NCBI GenBank assembly: GCA_036172245.1
Contig: JAYWIR010000004.1
Location: forward strand, 6,634,001 to 6,698,000
Length of the DNA: 64,000 nucleotides
Direction: 5' to 3'
Origin: Raillietiella orientalis
Lineage: Eukaryota
The notes beneath the pieces are model-generated. The model worked only from the letters and a program-made list of their open reading frames with translations. It was not told the DNA's origin and searched no databases. Positions 60,560 to 64,000 of this stretch are shown one piece after another (positions within the stretch are counted from its first letter, which is position 1; the number at the start of each line of letters is the position of its first letter). A program made the translations under genes and the position numbers.

Positions 60560-63470
60560 GGGATGAGGAAAATGGGTTCGCGTTCAGAAACAGTCGCAAC
60601 TGGTTCGTTCTGCTGCAAGATTTTGTTGCCAGAGGTGGCGTGCTCCTGTCTTTTCGAACATTCTTGATGGCATCAGAAACTAGACTGTTGCAAACCTTTC
60701 GGATGAGCGCTCCGATAGCTATGCCTCCCATGCAACCTTCTAGAATCTCTCAGGAAAAAAAATCTCATGGTGAAATCTGTTTAAACTTTCGTGCAGCTTG
60801 TTCCATGCTGCCATTGGCCACAGATAGCAGGACGATTTAGGAATCCTTCCCTCCCGATACGTAGATCTGAGATCGAGACGCATTCGCTTACCAGTTTCTC
60901 CAACAGGCATTTCGGTTCCACAACTGGCCACAGCAATCCATCTACCATCGTCTGAGTCCTTCGTTGACAAACCATCGCTCAACCATCGCTGCCCTCGTCA
61001 GTCTTTTTGGCTCGCGCTGCTTCAGCGCAAAGTGCGTGCACAGGAGCGGCACACCAAGCCACTTCGTTGACTACTGGGAAACTTAAGATGATACGGGAAC
61101 ACACCATGCTCTCAAACTGCCAGTCATATAGACGTCGACTTGGGATTTAATTTGGTGTTTTCCTGCACGCTCCAAGAATCCGAATTGTCATCATTGATAA
61201 AGAAGGACCACGCAAGCACACAGTCAAGAAGAGCAGGTGTACTGATGACTCGAAATGAAGTGTTTCCGCGTTTGTAGAAGGCATCGCGGGACCTTTATAA
61301 ATATAAAACAAACCACAGGTCATCGGGAACTAAGTTCCTGCAAAGCAGCAGCAACAGCAAAAAAAAGCAGAAGTTCAGGGGGAATGACCACCAGCTCTCA
61401 GACCCCGGTCTGCGAGCTGGTGGTCTAAGAAAGTCAGGAGTGAAAGCGGGAAAAGGGGGACAATAAAGGAAGTAAAAAATAGGGGAGAACAGGAACAATG
61501 GGTCTTTGGTTTCAGCCACTTTCTGCCTTCCTAGAGTCGAATGCTGGCGATCTCCCTGACGACTTCTTCTTGCAGGTGAGGTCATCACGTTGCAACCGTC
61601 CTCTTTAAGACGGCAGCCATGCGAGCGGCGTCCCTTCGCTGTGCCCGAAACTTCAGCAGATAGAGCACTGCGACGATGGCGCTGATACAGCATATCGGTG
61701 CCATCATGAAACCTGCCGTAAGTCCGCTTAGCGTGTGGAAACGCCGCGGCAGGTCCATTGCGGTATCCTGTGGACGGCCGAGAGCCGAAGAGAGTCTCCG
61801 CCACATGTCCTGGAGGACATCGCAGTCCAACAAGAGAGCTGAGGGAGCGATTCCATCGACCCGCATCTAGAACAGTTCGGGGACGCAACTCCTCAGGAGA
61901 CCAGGTGTCTGCGCTGATTGTACTGGAATCCCCCCATTGGAGAAACAGCAGAATATCTTGTTCCGACAAGCGGAAACACGTAAGTGTCTGCACACAGAGA
62001 AAGGACCACGAGTTCTTCGGGTGACATACCGAGCAGGTCACTCTACCAAAGGACTCCTTTCGCCCGGGAACGAGGAGCGGCGACGTTCACCAACTAGCTC
62101 GCCTTGTAGCCCTCAAGGAGTTTCTCGACTCCTGCAGAGTGGCAGGAGAACTCCCACCTAGCGAGTTGGCTGCTGTCACTGTTTTTCCTGATGGCAGACA
62201 GTGCTGTAGCCAGGTCTACGACAGCTATTCGGGACCACTGCGTCTATTGCTTCAGGAGATCTTCCAGCGGTTTGCAAAGGAGCTTCCGCAGAGGAAGAAG
62301 TTATTCTGGGCGCACTTCCGGAGTGGCAACCCAGAACTCTAGTGCCTTCTGCCATCAAGCAGTCCAGTCTTTTGGCCGGCGGGAGATCCAGGAATGGGCT
62401 TCCAGCATTGAGAACCAGGACAGTCGCATCAGGGATCAGCCGGATCCAGTCATCGTATGCTGGCTGCGCGGCAGCAACGAAACAAGTCCCTCGATTTCAG
62501 AGCATCGCCGAAGGATGAGCACAACACGGAAAGGTCCACAATCTCGCACAAAGTCTCAATAGTCCGAGCTGCACTTGCAGTTCGACTTTGTGAATGGTCA
62601 AGATGCCCAAGACGGAATCCTGGCTTGACGCCACCACGACGCCACTAAGTCTTTCAGGCGGATCTGGGACCTTGCAGAGTCCCAGAGGGCTTTCCTAAGG
62701 AGGTACCGCTCTTGAATCTTCACTAAATAAGATGACGGGCAAGCAAAAGACAAAATGAGCAGGAGGGGGGCAACAGAAGTATTTCAGATGGAGGCCCGTT
62801 CTGGCATGATGAGCCCGCCATCTCCTGACATTCTGAAGACAGGCTGACCACGCTTCCACAGTGCAGAATTCTCCCGGCGGAACGCCAAGGTACTTGAAGT
62901 ACCAATTCGTAGAGTTCCTCAGGTGGATCCAATCGGCCTGCCCCTTTCACGACGCACTCACTGGGACGACCATGCGCTTCGTCCTGTTGATGCCCATGCC
63001 CTCTTCCTGAAGGCACGTTTTCGCAGAGGCTGTTCCCTTAAGGTATGTTTCCTGGGGTGCATCCAAGGGGAGGACCCTTTGCTTCCTGCGGAAGATTCCT
63101 CTCAGCTAAGCCCCTTGAGATCGTTCTAACACCATGGGGTGAATAGACCATCGACTCGTTTGCTATAATCACCTTTTGAAGTTGCCAATTCGTGCTAAAC
63201 AGTGACGAGTTTGGAGGCAGAGACGAAATATTCACGCCCCCTTTGAGAGAGGAATTCAAATACTCTAATGAGAGGATGGCAAAAAAGTCATGTCTGTTCC
63301 TGTGGCTGTACAAGAGAATCGAAGAATCCTCGAAGGATCCTCCACAGGTTGCACGCTGCTTTGCCAGCTCGCCGTTTTTCGATTTAGCCCTGGAAGAGCC
63401 GATGCTGCTAGAGAGATGGCAGCATCTGTTTTCTCCTGGAGCCATTGATGTGCGTCGCTTACCATATCAG
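60560..63470 (-). pseudogene. TBL2: Decayed TBL2 (transducin beta-like 2, WD40), interrupted by LINE copy 4
   Basis: HLSSSI..SKNG..ATCG..EDSSILLYS..DF (ORF 63038..63445; HSGNI..SSNG..ATCADDRTIRIWS..DF), DDGRWIAVASCGTEMPVGE (ORF 60740..60982; PCGRFVASCGFTPDVKVWE), DAIKNV..LATKSC..LRLFLN (ORF 60507..60731; ECIANL..LASC..VRLFHN). Confidence 0.82.
61280..63090 (-). mobile_element. Decayed 5'-truncated L1/Tx1-clade non-LTR retrotransposon, copy 4
   Basis: GMGINRTK (~62980-63000), FKYLGV (~62882-62899), LLLDCDVLQDMWRRLSSAL (ORF 61585..61866, close to copy 3); many frameshifts; ends not precisely defined and no TSD found. Confidence 0.85.
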
Positions 63471-64000
63471 CGGTCGTGCAAGATCCATTTTCCAAGCGAT
63501 CCCCGAGAAGGGGTCGGATTGTACCATCCTGCGGCAGCTCACAGCTGCCTCCAGTGCAGAACCTTTGGCAAGCACAGAGAACGGCGGCGCGGGAACCTCC
63601 AGGCTTCCATGTCGAAGATGAATTGTCACAGCACCAGTCTTATCCGTAAGGATCGAATCGCAACGGTGGGCTCCTTGTTTTAAAAGGTGGGAAGGATTGT
63701 CAAGAGAAAGAGAAGGAAAAAACTCCTCTGCGTTAGTGAGTACAGAACAACTGTGGAGTCTGTTGGGAGAACAGGGTTACCGTTGAACAGGGAGACGGGA
63801 GGCAGCCGACCACCCACAAGGAGAGGGCAGAGCCCCCAAGAGCGGAAGACGAAAGAACTATGTCTCGGTGCACCACCTTGAAACTACCCAAATCGCTGAC
63901 AGATCACTCCCTTGCCCCCTTCTTCCAAATACACGACTGAAAGACATATCGGGAGCTTTCTTGTTTGGGAAGACGGTATGCGCTGGATGGGATGCATATG

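Noticed and set aside
31575..63090. All four main LINE copies on the same strand
   Set aside because: Chance of 1 in 8 for four copies, and older relics occur on +; not meaningful.
1..64000. Frameshifts as long-read consensus errors
   Set aside because: Neighbouring long frames (58822..60258, 46073..46956, 16046..16621) and the TSDs are clean, and the pseudogenes also carry many radical substitutions (e.g. in H3). Still worth confirming with reads.
1..64000. CRISPR arrays, rRNA, tRNA or prokaryotic operons
   Set aside because: None seen by eye and the DNA is spliceosomal. tRNAscan and Infernal were not run, so small RNAs cannot be fully excluded.

Overview
Eukaryotic (arthropod-like) nuclear DNA with short spliceosomal introns (53 bp in the one measured case); no prokaryotic features. 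Only two host genes look intact: a two-domain R&R cuticle protein exon (16046-16621) and a Tret1-like MFS sugar transporter (45572-46956). Most of the remaining DNA is a tightly packed fossil gene block. Frame-hopping manual translation shows collinear but frameshift- and stop-ridden, intron-containing remnants of about 15 conserved genes: FBXO33-like, SKP2, PRC1 (twice), GCN2/EIF2AK4, KEAP1, ZSWIM4/5/6, TUBGCP3, histone H3, DTL/Cdt2, an LRR protein, RAB28, WSB1, TAF13 and TBL2. Four 5'-truncated L1/Tx1-clade non-LTR retrotransposons plus older relics are inserted, two of them inside dead genes. The three best-preserved copies have TSDs and end, with no poly(A) tail, exactly 4 nt after a conserved AATAAA + GC stem-loop. 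Reference motifs are recalled from memory (mostly human orthologs) and no search was run, so pseudogene boundaries are approximate.
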